In this document: one piece after another, positions 1 to 9,312 of the stretch | Numbering within the stretch: the first letter of the stretch is position 1 | Layout: the number at the start of each line of letters is the position of its first letter | Source: Pyrinomonadaceae bacterium | GTDB taxonomy: Bacteria > Acidobacteriota > Blastocatellia > Pyrinomonadales > Pyrinomonadaceae | Assembly: GCA_964228775.1 (NCBI GenBank) | Contig: CAXRBW010000148.1 | Span: forward strand, 1-41,207 | Length of the DNA: 41,207 nt | Reading direction: 5' to 3' | Translations under genes and position numbers: made by a program | Notes under the pieces: generated by a model | What the model was told of the DNA's origin: nothing | The model's database searches: none | Seen by the model: the letters and a program-made list of their open reading frames with translations, nothing else

Positions 1-2
1 AA

Positions 3-194
3 TTCGATTTTCTCACCTTTAGAGAAGCTCTTGAGTTTGTCAATCGGGTCGGAAGTATTGCTGACAATCTTGATCATCATCCGGATATCGAGTTTGGTTG
101 GGGGTATGCAAGTATCCGATTTATCACCCATGATGCGGGCGGGGTCACTGAAAGGGACTTTTTAGCTGCCGAAGAAGTGAATAAAATTCAGTGA
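3..194 (+). CDS. phhB: Pterin-4-alpha-carbinolamine dehydratase (PCD/DCoH), 5'-truncated by the window edge
   Basis: The frame is open from the window edge to TGA at 192-194. The translation FDFLTFREALEFVNRVGSIADNLDHHPDIEFGWGYASIRFITHDAGGVTERDFLAAEEVNKIQ carries the DHHPD...W...L/F-THD-GG-T core typical of PCD proteins. Confidence 0.75.
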   Translation, partial: FDFLTFREALEFVNRVGSIADNLDHHPDIEFGWGYASIRFITHDAGGVTERDFLAAEEVNKIQ

Positions 195-301
195 AAAGGT
201 AATTCAATTAATCGTTGATGGATTTTGCCTGTCCTGCCCGCATCTTATAAAATCAACAGTTTGGATTGACCTCTATATTCTTTACAGAAGGACCTAACTT
301 T

Positions 302-1765
302 ATGTCGAACATTCCCATAACAGTAGCCCACGGAGACGGTATCGGACCTGAAATCATGGATGCGACGCTTCACATCATCAAGGAAGCAGGCGCCCGTGTT
401 GATATCGAAACAATAGATATCGGTGAAAAGGTGTACTTGTCCGGTAATTCAGCCGGCATTGCGCCCGAGTCTTGGGACTCGCTTCGCCGGACGAAAGTCT
501 TCCTCAAGGCGCCAATCACGACTCCGCAGGGCGGTGGCTTCAAATCGCTCAACGTCACGGTGAGAAAGACTTTGGGTCTTTACGCTAACATTCGCCCCTG
601 CGTCTCGTACCATCCTTTCATTAGGACTAAGCACCCCGTAATGGATGTTGTGATCGTTCGAGAAAACGAAGAGGACACCTATGCGGGCATTGAATATCGA
701 CTTTCAGACATGGTCGAGGAATGTTTGAAGCTGATCACACGTCCAGGCTGCGAAAAGATCGTCCGATACGCCTTCGAGTACGCTCTAAAGAATAACAGGA
801 AGAGAGTCACTGCCTTTGTGAAGGACAATATCATGAAGCAGACGGATGGCTTGTTCCACAGGATATTTGATGAGATAGCCGTCGAATATCCGACCATAGA
901 AGCGGATCATTGGATTGTCGACATCGGAGCAGCCAAGATGGCTGACACACCTGAAAACTTCGATGTCATTGTTATGCCCAATCTTTACGGAGACATACTT
1001 TCAGACGTCGCCGCGCAGATTGCTGGCTCTGTCGGACTCGCAGGTTCCGCGAATATCGGTGAACAGATTTCAATGTTTGAGGCGATTCATGGATCAGCAC
1101 CTAGAAGAGCCGGGCAGAATCTTGCAAATCCGTCAGGGCTGTTCCTTGGCGCAATGATGATGCTTTCACATATCAACCAAGGTGATGTTGCGGAGCTGGC
1201 TCACAATGCCTGGCTTAAGACGATTGAAGATGGTGTCCACACTTATGACATCTTCAAGGAATGCGTCTCCAAAGAAAAAGTTGGGACGAAGGAGTTTGCG
1301 CAAGCAGTCGTCGACCGTCTAGGAAAGAAACCAGAGACTCTCAAACCAGTCGAATACAAAGCAAACGTGGTGGAAGAAGGTTCTAAGAAACCCATCTTCA
1401 CAATACGGGAGCCAGAAAAGAAAGAATTGGTGGGAGTGGACGTCTATATCTCGTATTGGAACGGGAAACATTACGGCGCTGGTGCTGAACTCGGACCCAA
1501 GGTCGAAGCCCTGAATTCAGACGGGCTCAAACTGGTGATGATTTCAAATCGTGGAACAAAGGTTTACCCGAATCCTCAACCCGACACTTTTTGCGTAGAT
1601 AACTGGCGTTGCCGATTCATGCCCGAAGGTGGCGGTACCATAACCCGTGAACAGGTGGTGGATCTTCTCGACAGGGTCAATAAGGCAGGTCTCGAGTTTG
1701 TGAAGATTGAATCGCTTTACAACTTCAGCGACAAGCCTGGATATTCACTTGGCCAGGGACAGTGA
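302..1765 (+). CDS. icd: Isocitrate dehydrogenase (isocitrate/isopropylmalate dehydrogenase family) with a C-terminal extension of about 130 aa
   Basis: Motifs seen: N-terminal ITVAHGDGIGPEIM, NLYGDILSD and GSAPRRAGQNLANP. The likely start is ATG 302, with AAGGA about 11 nt upstream; the track ORF begins at TTG 266. From memory, the long C-terminal tail resembles Thermus-type IDH of about 496 aa. Confidence 0.9.
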   Translation: MSNIPITVAHGDGIGPEIMDATLHIIKEAGARVDIETIDIGEKVYLSGNSAGIAPESWDSLRRTKVFLKAPITTPQGGGFKSLNVTVRKTLGLYANIRPCVSYHPFIRTKHPVMDVVIVRENEEDTYAGIEYRLSDMVEECLKLITRPGCEKIVRYAFEYALKNNRKRVTAFVKDNIMKQTDGLFHRIFDEIAVEYPTIEADHWIVDIGAAKMADTPENFDVIVMPNLYGDILSDVAAQIAGSVGLAGSANIGEQISMFEAIHGSAPRRAGQNLANPSGLFLGAMMMLSHINQGDVAELAHNAWLKTIEDGVHTYDIFKECVSKEKVGTKEFAQAVVDRLGKKPETLKPVEYKANVVEEGSKKPIFTIREPEKKELVGVDVYISYWNGKHYGAGAELGPKVEALNSDGLKLVMISNRGTKVYPNPQPDTFCVDNWRCRFMPEGGGTITREQVVDLLDRVNKAGLEFVKIESLYNFSDKPGYSLGQGQ

Positions 1766-1783
1766 AGTAATGTGATATGTATG

Positions 1784-1816
1784 AAAAGGGCCCCTTATCG
1801 GGGCCCTTTTCTTTTT
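1784..1816. terminator. Bidirectional rho-independent terminator between icd (+) and the 1824-3011 gene (-)
   Basis: An 11-bp perfect GC-rich stem: AAAAGGGCCCC (1784-1794), loop TTATC, GGGGCCCTTTT (1800-1810). It is followed by a T-run on the + strand and flanked by an A-run, which gives a T-run on the - strand. Confidence 0.8.
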
Positions 1817-1823
1817 GATCGTA

Positions 1824-3011
1824 TCAATGCTTGAAATCAGGCATTTCTCTAAAAAGTGACGGGTCCCCTGCGGCGAGTATCCGAACCAGTTCGTCGTTGA
1901 AGTAATTACTCGAACTTCTGACCTCTTCTGGTATCCGCTGACTATATAACTCGAAAGAACGTTTGATAGGTTCAATGAGAAGCGGATAAAGACTTCCTGA
2001 CCTAGAACCTGCAATTATCTGGTCTTCGTTATAAAGCTTTATCTCAGAGACAAGCAGGCGGGCAAAGCGCAATGCTGCCTGGTGCTCTGGATCAAGAATT
2101 ATTTCAGGTGCAGTAGATACTGGTTTTTCCGTTGATTCTATGATTTCCGGAACTTCATTTTCAGCAACTTCCTCTGTAACGGTTGGCGAAGTGCGAGCGG
2201 CCAAAAGTTCAAGGGTCAACCCTGCGACATTGGTCAGTAGTTCAATGGATTCGATGATTGATAAATGTCTCGTGTCGAGACCGCTCAGAAACACAACTGC
2301 GACACTGCATCCCCGGACAATCACCGGTATCGCCGACTTTGAGAATTCTTTGGAGTCCTGACTGACACCGCTCTTGAATGCCAAAGAGACAATTCCATCG
2401 TCATTGGACTCAAAAGCCTCAGCAAAGGTAGTAGCATCGCCCTCTTTGTACCAACAAACTTGCTGATTGTCTTGTGCGATGTAAATTGCAAACTGAGTGT
2501 GGAGCTTACCTATTCCTGCGACAAGGGAGGTCAGTACCTCTTCATCATCGGTCGAATTACTGATTAAAACTGAAGACGATCTTAGGAGTGAAACGATTGA
2601 TTCGATTTGAGCAAAGTTCTGAGGGTCAGACTTTTCAGCCTCAGATATCGCTCTCGCGGTAAAGCTGGCGCCTTCCTCACGTGCCATCTTCAGATGATCG
2701 ATTACTATCTGCGAAAAACTCGTCTCAAGCACCGAATCGCCTGAGGCGCGGATAATGAAGTCTTTGAGGGCCTGGTCAATTTGGGTCTTGTGTTTGGAGA
2801 ATTCAGAATCAAGGCGGTGCTGCAGCTGTCCTATCTCTTGCTTGAGTTCGTCGCTAATCGTGTTGAGATAGCTCTCAAACTCTTCTTTTAGACTCTGTTC
2901 AAGTTCGATGTTGTTCACAATTCCCCGTAGAGAGAACGGCTTGTGATAAGCGTTCCGGCTCGACCTAATTGAATTTGGGATGATTATGGGAAACGAATTT
3001 GCCGGGGTCAA
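1824..3011 (-). CDS. Hypothetical protein: coiled-coil N-terminus, central GAF-like region, conserved helical C-terminus
   Basis: A 395-aa ORF with a TTG start 9 nt after the stop of the upstream Nfu gene. The N-terminal heptad-like segment is ELEQSLKEEFESYLNTISDELKQEIGQLQHRLD. The C-terminus reads ALRFARLLVSEIKLYNEDQI...LYPLLIEPIKRSFELYSQRIPEE. I cannot name a family from sequence alone. Confidence 0.6.
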   Translation of the reverse strand: MTPANSFPIIIPNSIRSSRNAYHKPFSLRGIVNNIELEQSLKEEFESYLNTISDELKQEIGQLQHRLDSEFSKHKTQIDQALKDFIIRASGDSVLETSFSQIVIDHLKMAREEGASFTARAISEAEKSDPQNFAQIESIVSLLRSSSVLISNSTDDEEVLTSLVAGIGKLHTQFAIYIAQDNQQVCWYKEGDATTFAEAFESNDDGIVSLAFKSGVSQDSKEFSKSAIPVIVRGCSVAVVFLSGLDTRHLSIIESIELLTNVAGLTLELLAARTSPTVTEEVAENEVPEIIESTEKPVSTAPEIILDPEHQAALRFARLLVSEIKLYNEDQIIAGSRSGSLYPLLIEPIKRSFELYSQRIPEEVRSSSNYFNDELVRILAAGDPSLFREMPDFKH

Positions 3012-3020
3012 GAAATGTCG

Positions 3021-3566
3021 TCACACCGCAACAACTGAAAATTCAGAATCGATGTTTTCTTTGATCATGTTTTCAATCGCCATTAAGGTTCCGGTCAAAG
3101 AGCTGGGACAGCTTCCGCAGGCACCTTCATATCGAATCTTGAGCACTTTTTCCTCAAGAGCCACAATTTCAAGCCATCCGCCATCGCTTGCCAAATAGGG
3201 TCTTATCTTTTCATCTAGCAGCTGGTTGATTTCTGCGATGCGCGGATCGTCACTCAACGCGGCGGCGATCGCTCCCCCGATTGAAGAGGAAGAAGAGACG
3301 CTTTCAGCGGCACGTATAGGAACCGCCAATGCAGGAAGTATTACGTCCCATTCAGCTTCGTCAGTCTTCTCAACGGTGATCATCTTATCCATATAAAAAA
3401 CAGATACGACATCACCGACAGCAAAGATTCCCTTGGCCAGTGAATCCGACTCGGCCGCTTCTTCGCCTTTGAATGAATGCGAGGTACCGAAACTTACCGG
3501 CTCCTTCAGAATGAATTTGACGGCATTAGGATTCGGGGTTTCCTGTATGTCTGCAATTTTGGGCAT
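3021..3566 (-). CDS. Nfu/NifU-like Fe-S cluster assembly protein (Nfu N-terminal domain plus NifU C-terminal domain)
   Basis: The N-terminus reads TPNPNAVKFIL. The C-terminus GGWLEIVALEEKVLKIRYEGACGSCPSSLTGTLMAIENMIKE contains the CxxC NifU motif. Start is ATG. Confidence 0.85.
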   Translation of the reverse strand: MPKIADIQETPNPNAVKFILKEPVSFGTSHSFKGEEAAESDSLAKGIFAVGDVVSVFYMDKMITVEKTDEAEWDVILPALAVPIRAAESVSSSSSIGGAIAAALSDDPRIAEINQLLDEKIRPYLASDGGWLEIVALEEKVLKIRYEGACGSCPSSLTGTLMAIENMIKENIDSEFSVVAV

Positions 3567-3710
3567 TTATAAATTGACTCGAAACTAAAAGTCTTATAAA
3601 TCCTTATCTTTTTGTCAAGATTCTGAATTCTCGACAATAGAAGCATCTTCCGAGGCATTACAACGAGACATGAACTTCCAAACAAAAAGAAACGGCTTTA
3701 AAGTGAGGTC

Positions 3711-4157
3711 ATGCAGATAAGACTCGCCACTAAATCAGATTCGGAGAATTTGATCGCTTTCAACCAAGCTATGGCGATGGAAACTGAGAACAAGCGACTT
3801 GACTCAGATATTTTGTCAGCGGGAGTTCTCTCTATCTTCGAGGATGATAGGAAAGGTTTCTACGTTGTAGCAGAAAGTGGTGAGCGAATTGTTGGTGGAC
3901 TCATGATTACATATGAGTGGAGTGATTGGCGTAGCGGCTGGTTTTGGTGGATTCAAAGCGTCTACATTGAACCAGAATATCGAGGTCAAGGAATCTACAG
4001 CGAGCTCTACTCTTTTGTAAAAAATAGAGCTCGGGAGGTTGGTGGTGTATGTGGCTTTCGCTTGTATGTCGAAAAGGACAACCGACACGCACAGGACGTC
4101 TACCGTAAATTAGGCATGGAAGAAACCTACTACCAAATGTTTGAAGAAAAACTTTGA
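3711..4157 (+). CDS. GNAT family N-acetyltransferase
   Basis: A 148-aa ORF. The acetyl-CoA binding motif is IEPEYRGQGIYSELY (R/Q-x-x-G-x-G/A), within a typical GNAT beta-strand pattern. Confidence 0.8.
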   Translation: MQIRLATKSDSENLIAFNQAMAMETENKRLDSDILSAGVLSIFEDDRKGFYVVAESGERIVGGLMITYEWSDWRSGWFWWIQSVYIEPEYRGQGIYSELYSFVKNRAREVGGVCGFRLYVEKDNRHAQDVYRKLGMEETYYQMFEEKL

Positions 4158-4284
4158 TCGAGGCCGTTCGTCCGACCTCGATCATTTCCTGTGATAACTC
4201 CCCACCCGGAACGTAATTGAAGATGTGAGGATGCTGATTGCAATTGTTCACCCGATTAGATGAGAGCATCCCGGACAACCATCA

Positions 4285-4566
4285 TCACAGAAAAGAGTCA
4301 GCCTGAAAGTTCGCTTTTTCAATCTCTACAAAATAAAATCCGCCAAAACTCCGTAACGTCTTTGGATTGAATCCCCGACGAGCACCGCAGTCTATACAGA
4401 CGGAATAACCGAAATCACCCCAAGAGAAGGGCCGGCTCATCAGTCTGTGCCCACAACCGAATAACCTTTCCAACAAGCCGACCTTTCTCCCGCGGTGTTT
4501 TATGTTGCTCAGCCTTCCACTCAATGGAAGCAATACTTTCAAATGAGAGAAACTGTTCTGCAACAT
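4285..4566 (-). CDS. Small hypothetical protein with a putative zinc-ribbon-like C-x-H...C-x-x-C motif
   Basis: A 93-aa ORF with an ATG start, FGCGHRLMSRPF...SVCIDCGARRGF. There is no competing ORF of better quality in this interval. Confidence 0.4.
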   Translation of the reverse strand: MLQNSFSHLKVLLPLSGRLSNIKHRGRKVGLLERLFGCGHRLMSRPFSWGDFGYSVCIDCGARRGFNPKTLRSFGGFYFVEIEKANFQADSFL

Positions 4567-4788
4567 AAATTCCTAACCTTCCCCTTGTTCGTTTTCATCA
4601 GATCAACTTCGAATTACTCACCTGACGTGCTTTGAATAGCAACGGATGTGCCATTCTCATTACCGAGACTTCCTTCACCGCAATCAGTACTTCGTGTAGG
4701 ATTTCCGAACGTCAAACTGAAGGTGGAACAGGTATTCTGTATGTGTTCTGATCACATCGAATGTAGAAATGTTATTTTTTAGGTATAT

Positions 4789-5073
4789 ATGTCACGTCTG
4801 AAGCGTAGTGAGTTCTTGCGTATTGCTGAAGGTATTCGGCGAGATCGAGAAACCATCATCAAGCACAATCCCATGGGCAGCGACGAGGAAATTCTTCTCT
4901 GGATGTTGATGAGCTGCCTTATCAACTCCCTTGGATTGGAGGGTGACCAGGTTCCCTGTTTTCCAGGTCCCACGAATTCTGAAACATATAAAAAAGCAAT
5001 CATGTTCATCGTCGCGAACACATGTGAAGAGGAGATTGAGTTTGAAAACATATTTGAGGGGTTGATTGATTGA
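4789..5073 (+). CDS. Hypothetical 94-aa protein, translationally coupled to the downstream MBL hydrolase
   Basis: ATG start. Its TGA (5071-5073) lies 2 nt before the ATG (5076) of the next gene. The two overlapping antisense ORFs (4779-5114 and 4792-5145) look spurious. Confidence 0.5.
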   Translation: MSRLKRSEFLRIAEGIRRDRETIIKHNPMGSDEEILLWMLMSCLINSLGLEGDQVPCFPGPTNSETYKKAIMFIVANTCEEEIEFENIFEGLID

Positions 5074-5075
5074 TA

Positions 5076-5735
5076 ATGTTGATTCGAATATTCCCCCAAA
5101 CACCGTTTCGACAAAATACGCGAGTGGTTGTCTGTGAAGATACAAAGCTTGCGATTTGTGTCGATCCTGGTGAGGAATCAGTGAAGGTCAAGGATTTTCT
5201 CATTGAAACCGAATTGACACTTCAAGCAATCACCCTTACCCATGGCCATCTCGATCATGTGGGTGGAACCTTGTTTTTAAAGAGTAACTTTCCAGAGGCG
5301 GATGTATTGATTCATAAGGATGATGAATTCCTCTACTACGGTTTACCAGAACAACCGATTCGGATGGGTATCGACGCGAAACAGCTAGAGGAATTGGGAA
5401 TGAAGTACCTGAACCCACCTCCCGTCTCTCGAAATTGGATTCATGGTGAGTGTTATCAAGTAGGAAATCTTCAATTTCGAATTCTTCATTGTCCTGGTCA
5501 CACACCAGGGCATGTAGTTCTTGCCGAGGAAGAAAGGCGGCATGTATTTGTTGGCGATTGTCTTTTTGCCGGGTCTATAGGTCGGACGGATCTTCCAGGT
5601 GGAAATCACCTTCAACTCATTAGTTCAATCAAAAGCCTGATTTTACCTCTTGGTGATGACTTCATCGTCCACTCCGGACATGGACCTGATACAACTATCG
5701 GCAGAGAACGCAGAACCAATCCTTTTTTGTCTTAG
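5076..5735 (+). CDS. MBL-fold metallo-hydrolase (glyoxalase II / hydroxyacylglutathione hydrolase-like)
   Basis: Carries the THGHLDHVGG (HxHxDH) motif, followed by HCPGHTPGH and GDCLFAGSIGRTD. ATG at 5076 is preferred over TTG at 5070. Confidence 0.85.
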   Translation: MLIRIFPQTPFRQNTRVVVCEDTKLAICVDPGEESVKVKDFLIETELTLQAITLTHGHLDHVGGTLFLKSNFPEADVLIHKDDEFLYYGLPEQPIRMGIDAKQLEELGMKYLNPPPVSRNWIHGECYQVGNLQFRILHCPGHTPGHVVLAEEERRHVFVGDCLFAGSIGRTDLPGGNHLQLISSIKSLILPLGDDFIVHSGHGPDTTIGRERRTNPFLS

Positions 5736-5745
5736 AGTGTGTGGA

Positions 5746-5777
5746 AATAAAAAATGGCGTCGACCTCAGACGACGCC
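5746..5777 (-). terminator. Rho-independent terminator downstream of fbaB
   Basis: The minus strand reads GGCGTCG-tctgaggt-CGACGCC, followed by ATTTTTTATTT. Confidence 0.65.
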
Positions 5778-5802
5778 TTGGTTGGTCTCTATGATTTAGG
5801 TT

Positions 5803-6879
5803 TTACGCGACCGTCACTTCATCACAGAGATATACATCTTGAATCGAATTTAATATCTCGACTCCTTCCTTCATCGGGCGCTGAAAAGCCTTTCTGCCTG
5901 AGATGAGACCCATTCCTCCACCTCGTTTGTTGATTACAGCAGTTCGGACGGCGTCCGCTTGATCTGAAGCGCCTTTCGACTCACCTCCAGAATTAATGAG
6001 CCCACATCGACCCATAAAACAGTTGGCGACCTGATATCTGACAAGATCGATTGGATTGTCTGAACAGAGTTCCGAATAGATCTTCGGGTTCGTTTTTCCA
6101 TAACTGCTCTCTACGTTGAGCATGTTGTAACCGCCGTTCCTCTCAGGCAGCTTTTGCTTGATGATGTCGGCTTGGATCGTAACTCCGAGATGATTTGCCT
6201 GGCCCGTCAAATCGGCGGCAGTATGCATGTCACCCTCTTTACCTTTGAACTTCGGGTTTCTAAGGTAGCACCAAAGAACCGTTGCCATTCCAAGCTCATG
6301 TGCGTAAGCAAATGCCTCTGATACCTCGACGATCTGTCTGCCAGATTCCTCAGAACCAAAGTAGATGGTTGCTCCCACTGCAACAGCGCCCATATTGCGG
6401 GCCTGCTCGATATTTCCGAACATAATCTGATCGAACTTGTTCGGGTACGTAAGTAGTTCATTGTGATTAATCTTCACTATGAACGGGATGCGATGGGCAT
6501 ATTTTCTAGCAACGGAGCCCAGTACACCAAAAGTCGATGCGACTGCGTTACAGCCACCCTCAATAGCAAGACGAACAATGTTCTCGGGATCGAAATACTC
6601 TGGATTCGGAGCAAAACTAGCACCCGCAGAGTGCTCAATGCCCTGATCTACAGGGAGAATTGAGAGGTATCCGGTTCCTGAGAGGCGACCCGTCCCGAAA
6701 AGCGCGTTCAGTGACCTCAAAACGGCTGGTGAACGGTCGGAATCAACCCAAACATCATCAACGAAACTAGCTGATGGAAGATGTAGGTGTTCTTTTGCAA
6801 TCTTTGGAGAAGAATACCTGAGGAGGGGCTCACCTTCAGCACCGAGAATCTGCTGAATCTTTCCGTAATCTAAGGCCAT
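5803..6879 (-). CDS. fbaB: Class I fructose-bisphosphate aldolase (FbaB/DhnA type)
   Basis: Near-collinear similarity, from memory, to E. coli FbaB: [90 protein letters not shown] and [22 protein letters not shown]. Confidence 0.95.
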   Translation of the reverse strand: MALDYGKIQQILGAEGEPLLRYSSPKIAKEHLHLPSASFVDDVWVDSDRSPAVLRSLNALFGTGRLSGTGYLSILPVDQGIEHSAGASFAPNPEYFDPENIVRLAIEGGCNAVASTFGVLGSVARKYAHRIPFIVKINHNELLTYPNKFDQIMFGNIEQARNMGAVAVGATIYFGSEESGRQIVEVSEAFAYAHELGMATVLWCYLRNPKFKGKEGDMHTAADLTGQANHLGVTIQADIIKQKLPERNGGYNMLNVESSYGKTNPKIYSELCSDNPIDLVRYQVANCFMGRCGLINSGGESKGASDQADAVRTAVINKRGGGMGLISGRKAFQRPMKEGVEILNSIQDVYLCDEVTVA

Positions 6880-7005
6880 TGTTTGTCTCCTGAAACTGCG
6901 TGAATTATATCACAATGGACTGAACGTTCGTTCTACAGTTTTACAAACAAAATAGTTTGTTGTTTCCTACAACTAATTCAATATCAGTCCGCGATAGATC
7001 ATTTG

Positions 7006-7389
7006 ATGGAAGAATTGAAAACAATTTGTGGAGTTGCCTTCGGTGGTGCGCTTGGTGCGGTCGTTAGATTTGCAGTCAGCGCGGCAGTCACTGAAAGACT
7101 TGTGGGCGGCTTTCCGTATGGGACTTTTGTGATCAATGTCACTGGTGCGTTCCTTGCGGGGTGCTTAGTGGTGATGGCAAGCGAAAGGGTTTTGGTGTCG
7201 GATTTGCTAAAGACTTCCTTAATGGTTGGATTTCTTGGGGCATACACAACATTCTCAGCATTTGAAATGGAGAATTTGAATCTCTTGCGGGCAGGAAATT
7301 ATGTGACAGCGATTAGCTACACCGTGTTCAGTGTGATAGGTGGGTTGGCTGCAGTTTATCTCGGATCTGAATTGGGTAGGAGATTGTAG
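7006..7389 (+). CDS. crcB: Fluoride ion channel CrcB/FluC
   Basis: About 127 aa with four hydrophobic segments. GGALGAVVRF and GFLGAYTTFSAF are hallmark CrcB motifs. ATG at 7006 directly follows TTG at 7003. Confidence 0.9.
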   Translation: MEELKTICGVAFGGALGAVVRFAVSAAVTERLVGGFPYGTFVINVTGAFLAGCLVVMASERVLVSDLLKTSLMVGFLGAYTTFSAFEMENLNLLRAGNYVTAISYTVFSVIGGLAAVYLGSELGRRL

Positions 7390-7442
7390 TCAGCATTGAA
7401 GAAGTTGTGGTATTTAGCCAAAAACAAGATTTATTAAATTTC

Positions 7443-7472
7443 TTGTCTCTGTATGTTGGCGTTGTGTATACT
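7443..7472 (+). promoter_or_regulatory. Putative sigma70-type promoter for tRNA-Glu
   Basis: TTGTCT (7443-7448), an 18-nt spacer, then TATACT (7467-7472). The -10 element ends 10 nt before the mature tRNA 5' end. Confidence 0.3.
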
Positions 7473-7482
7473 TTCCAATTCC

Positions 7483-7558
7483 TGGCGCATTCGTCTAGTG
7501 GTTAGGACGCAGGATTCTCATTCCTGAAACAGGGGTTCAATTCCCCTATGCGCTACCA
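7483..7558 (+). tRNA. tRNA-Glu (anticodon CUC)
   Basis: A 76-nt cloverleaf. The acceptor TGGCGCA pairs with TGCGCTA. The D-arm is TCGTCTAGTGGTTAGGACG. The anticodon stem CAGGA/TCCTG carries loop TTCTCAT. The T-arm is GGGGTTCAATTCCCC, and CCA is encoded. Confidence 0.9.
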
Positions 7559-7563
7559 ATATC

Positions 7564-7595
7564 AAAAAGCCGCCCCTACTGGCGGCTTTTCATTT
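7564..7595. terminator. Bidirectional rho-independent terminator (tRNA-Glu on +, purK on -)
   Basis: AAAAGCCGCC (7565-7574), loop CCTACT, GGCGGCTTTT (7581-7590). It is flanked by A-runs and T-runs on both sides. Confidence 0.8.
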
Positions 7596-7600
7596 AAAAG

Positions 7601-8794
7601 TTACGTAGTTGGTATCAACCGCTTGCGGGCATTCCTGACAAGTTCCACCACCTCTTTTACGTCGTTTCCTGCGGCGGTTATGTGTCCCATTTTCCGTTTG
7701 GGTCGGGGGTTGGTCTTTCCGTATAAATGCAACTTAATTCTTTGATCGAACAATGCCTCGGTCCATAGTGGTTCACCTGAAGCCCAAACATCGCCGAGGA
7801 GATTGGCCATTGCAACTGCAGGCGATGTGAATTCGGTAGATCCCAAGGGGAGCCCGCAGGTGGCGCGAACCTGCTGTTCAAACTGGGATGTGATTGCCGG
7901 CCCAAAGGTAAGATGTCCGGAATTGTGAGGTCGAGGTGCAATCTCATTAATAATCAAATCTTCATCAGAAGTAACGAAGAATTCGATGCACAACGTTCCC
8001 ACATAATTGAATTGCTCAGCCAGTGTTCTCGCTATCTCCGTAGCTTCGGAATAACACCTCTCACTAACTGCGGCTGGAACAAAAGAGACGTCGAGGATGT
8101 GGTGTAGGTGTGAGTTTTCAATCACACCATAATGCGCAAATTCTCCTTTGTTTGAACGAGCGCATACAACTGATACTTCTTTTTCGAAATCAATGAATCC
8201 CTCAAGGACCGCTTCCGAGTCACCGATGCCTGCAAGTGCTTCCTCCGCGTCGGATGGTGAGTTTATCTTGGACTGCCCTTTACCGTCGTAACCGAACCCT
8301 GCTGTTTTGAGTATCGATGGACAGCCCAACTCCGAAACAGCTTCGCGGAGTTCTTCTATCGATCTGACATGTCTGAAAGGTGCGACGGGATAACCGTTGG
8401 AAGAAAGAAACTGTTTTTCCCGAAGCCTGTTTTGAGTGGTATGTAAGACTGAGCCGTTCGGATGTACCTCGCAGAATTTGCCGGCTGTTTCGATGGTTGA
8501 CGAAGGAACGTTTTCAAATTCAAATGTCACTACATCGACCGATTTAGCAAACGTCTCCACTTTTTCTAGATCCACGTAATCGCCTGAGGTTTCAACGTCA
8601 GCAACTTGCCCTGTCGGGGTGTCAGTGTCAGGTGAAAATGTGTGGACACGGTAACCCATCTTTCTCGCTTCGATGGCGAACATACGTCCAAGCTGTCCGC
8701 TACCGAAGACTCCGATGGTACTACCTGGGTGAATGACCTTCATTGAAAGATTATCTCGATTGACGAGGAAAGAGTCGAAGGGTTCAGTCCCCAT
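7601..8794 (-). CDS. purK: N5-carboxyaminoimidazole ribonucleotide synthase
   Basis: An ATP-grasp protein with [38 protein letters not shown] and KMGHIT. The ATG at 8794 overlaps the purE stop by 11 nt. An alternative start is MKVIHPG at 8743. Confidence 0.9.
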   Translation of the reverse strand: MGTEPFDSFLVNRDNLSMKVIHPGSTIGVFGSGQLGRMFAIEARKMGYRVHTFSPDTDTPTGQVADVETSGDYVDLEKVETFAKSVDVVTFEFENVPSSTIETAGKFCEVHPNGSVLHTTQNRLREKQFLSSNGYPVAPFRHVRSIEELREAVSELGCPSILKTAGFGYDGKGQSKINSPSDAEEALAGIGDSEAVLEGFIDFEKEVSVVCARSNKGEFAHYGVIENSHLHHILDVSFVPAAVSERCYSEATEIARTLAEQFNYVGTLCIEFFVTSDEDLIINEIAPRPHNSGHLTFGPAITSQFEQQVRATCGLPLGSTEFTSPAVAMANLLGDVWASGEPLWTEALFDQRIKLHLYGKTNPRPKRKMGHITAAGNDVKEVVELVRNARKRLIPTT

Positions 8795-9287
8795 CAGGCA
8801 GTTTCATTTCAAGAACAGTGTTTGTTTGATTTGAGCGAAACGCACGGAGTTTTGCCTTCAAATCAGGTTGGGAATTCGCAAGAATTGCAATCGCGAGTAG
8901 TGCTGCATTTTTAGCGCCTGCCTCCCCAATCGCCAATGTTCCTACAGGTATTCCGCCGGGCATCTGTGCAATAGAGAGCAGAGAATCCATTCCATCTAGT
9001 GCCGAGGTCCTGACAGGCACTCCAAGAACGGGAAGGATTGTCTGCGATGCACACATTCCAGGGAGATGCGCCGCGCCACCTGCACCAGCGATTATTACTT
9101 GGATCCCACGAGTATCCGCTGTTTTTGCGAATTCGAAAAGAAGATCGGGGGTTCTGTGGGCTGAGACGATTTCACACTCGTGCGGTACACCAAAATCTTC
9201 AAGCACCTTGGCGGCATGCTCCATAGTCTCCCAATCCGACTTGGATCCCATGATGATTGCAACCTGTGGACTATTATTCTGACTCAT
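8784..9287 (-). CDS. purE: N5-carboxyaminoimidazole ribonucleotide mutase
   Basis: Motifs seen: [35 protein letters not shown] and PVLGVPV. Confidence 0.95.
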   Translation of the reverse strand: MSQNNSPQVAIIMGSKSDWETMEHAAKVLEDFGVPHECEIVSAHRTPDLLFEFAKTADTRGIQVIIAGAGGAAHLPGMCASQTILPVLGVPVRTSALDGMDSLLSIAQMPGGIPVGTLAIGEAGAKNAALLAIAILANSQPDLKAKLRAFRSNQTNTVLEMKLPDGD

Positions 9288-9312
9288 GGATTTTTGTATC
9301 TTACAGCATTTT

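Noticed and set aside
6880-7005. A possible fluoride riboswitch (crcB motif RNA) upstream of crcB.
   Set aside because: crcB genes are often preceded by this riboswitch. I could not find the conserved elements in the 125-nt leader: the GG.GATG...CC pseudoknot stem, the AACCGCC-like segment or the CTGATGA-like segment. A cmscan with the Rfam crcB model would settle it.
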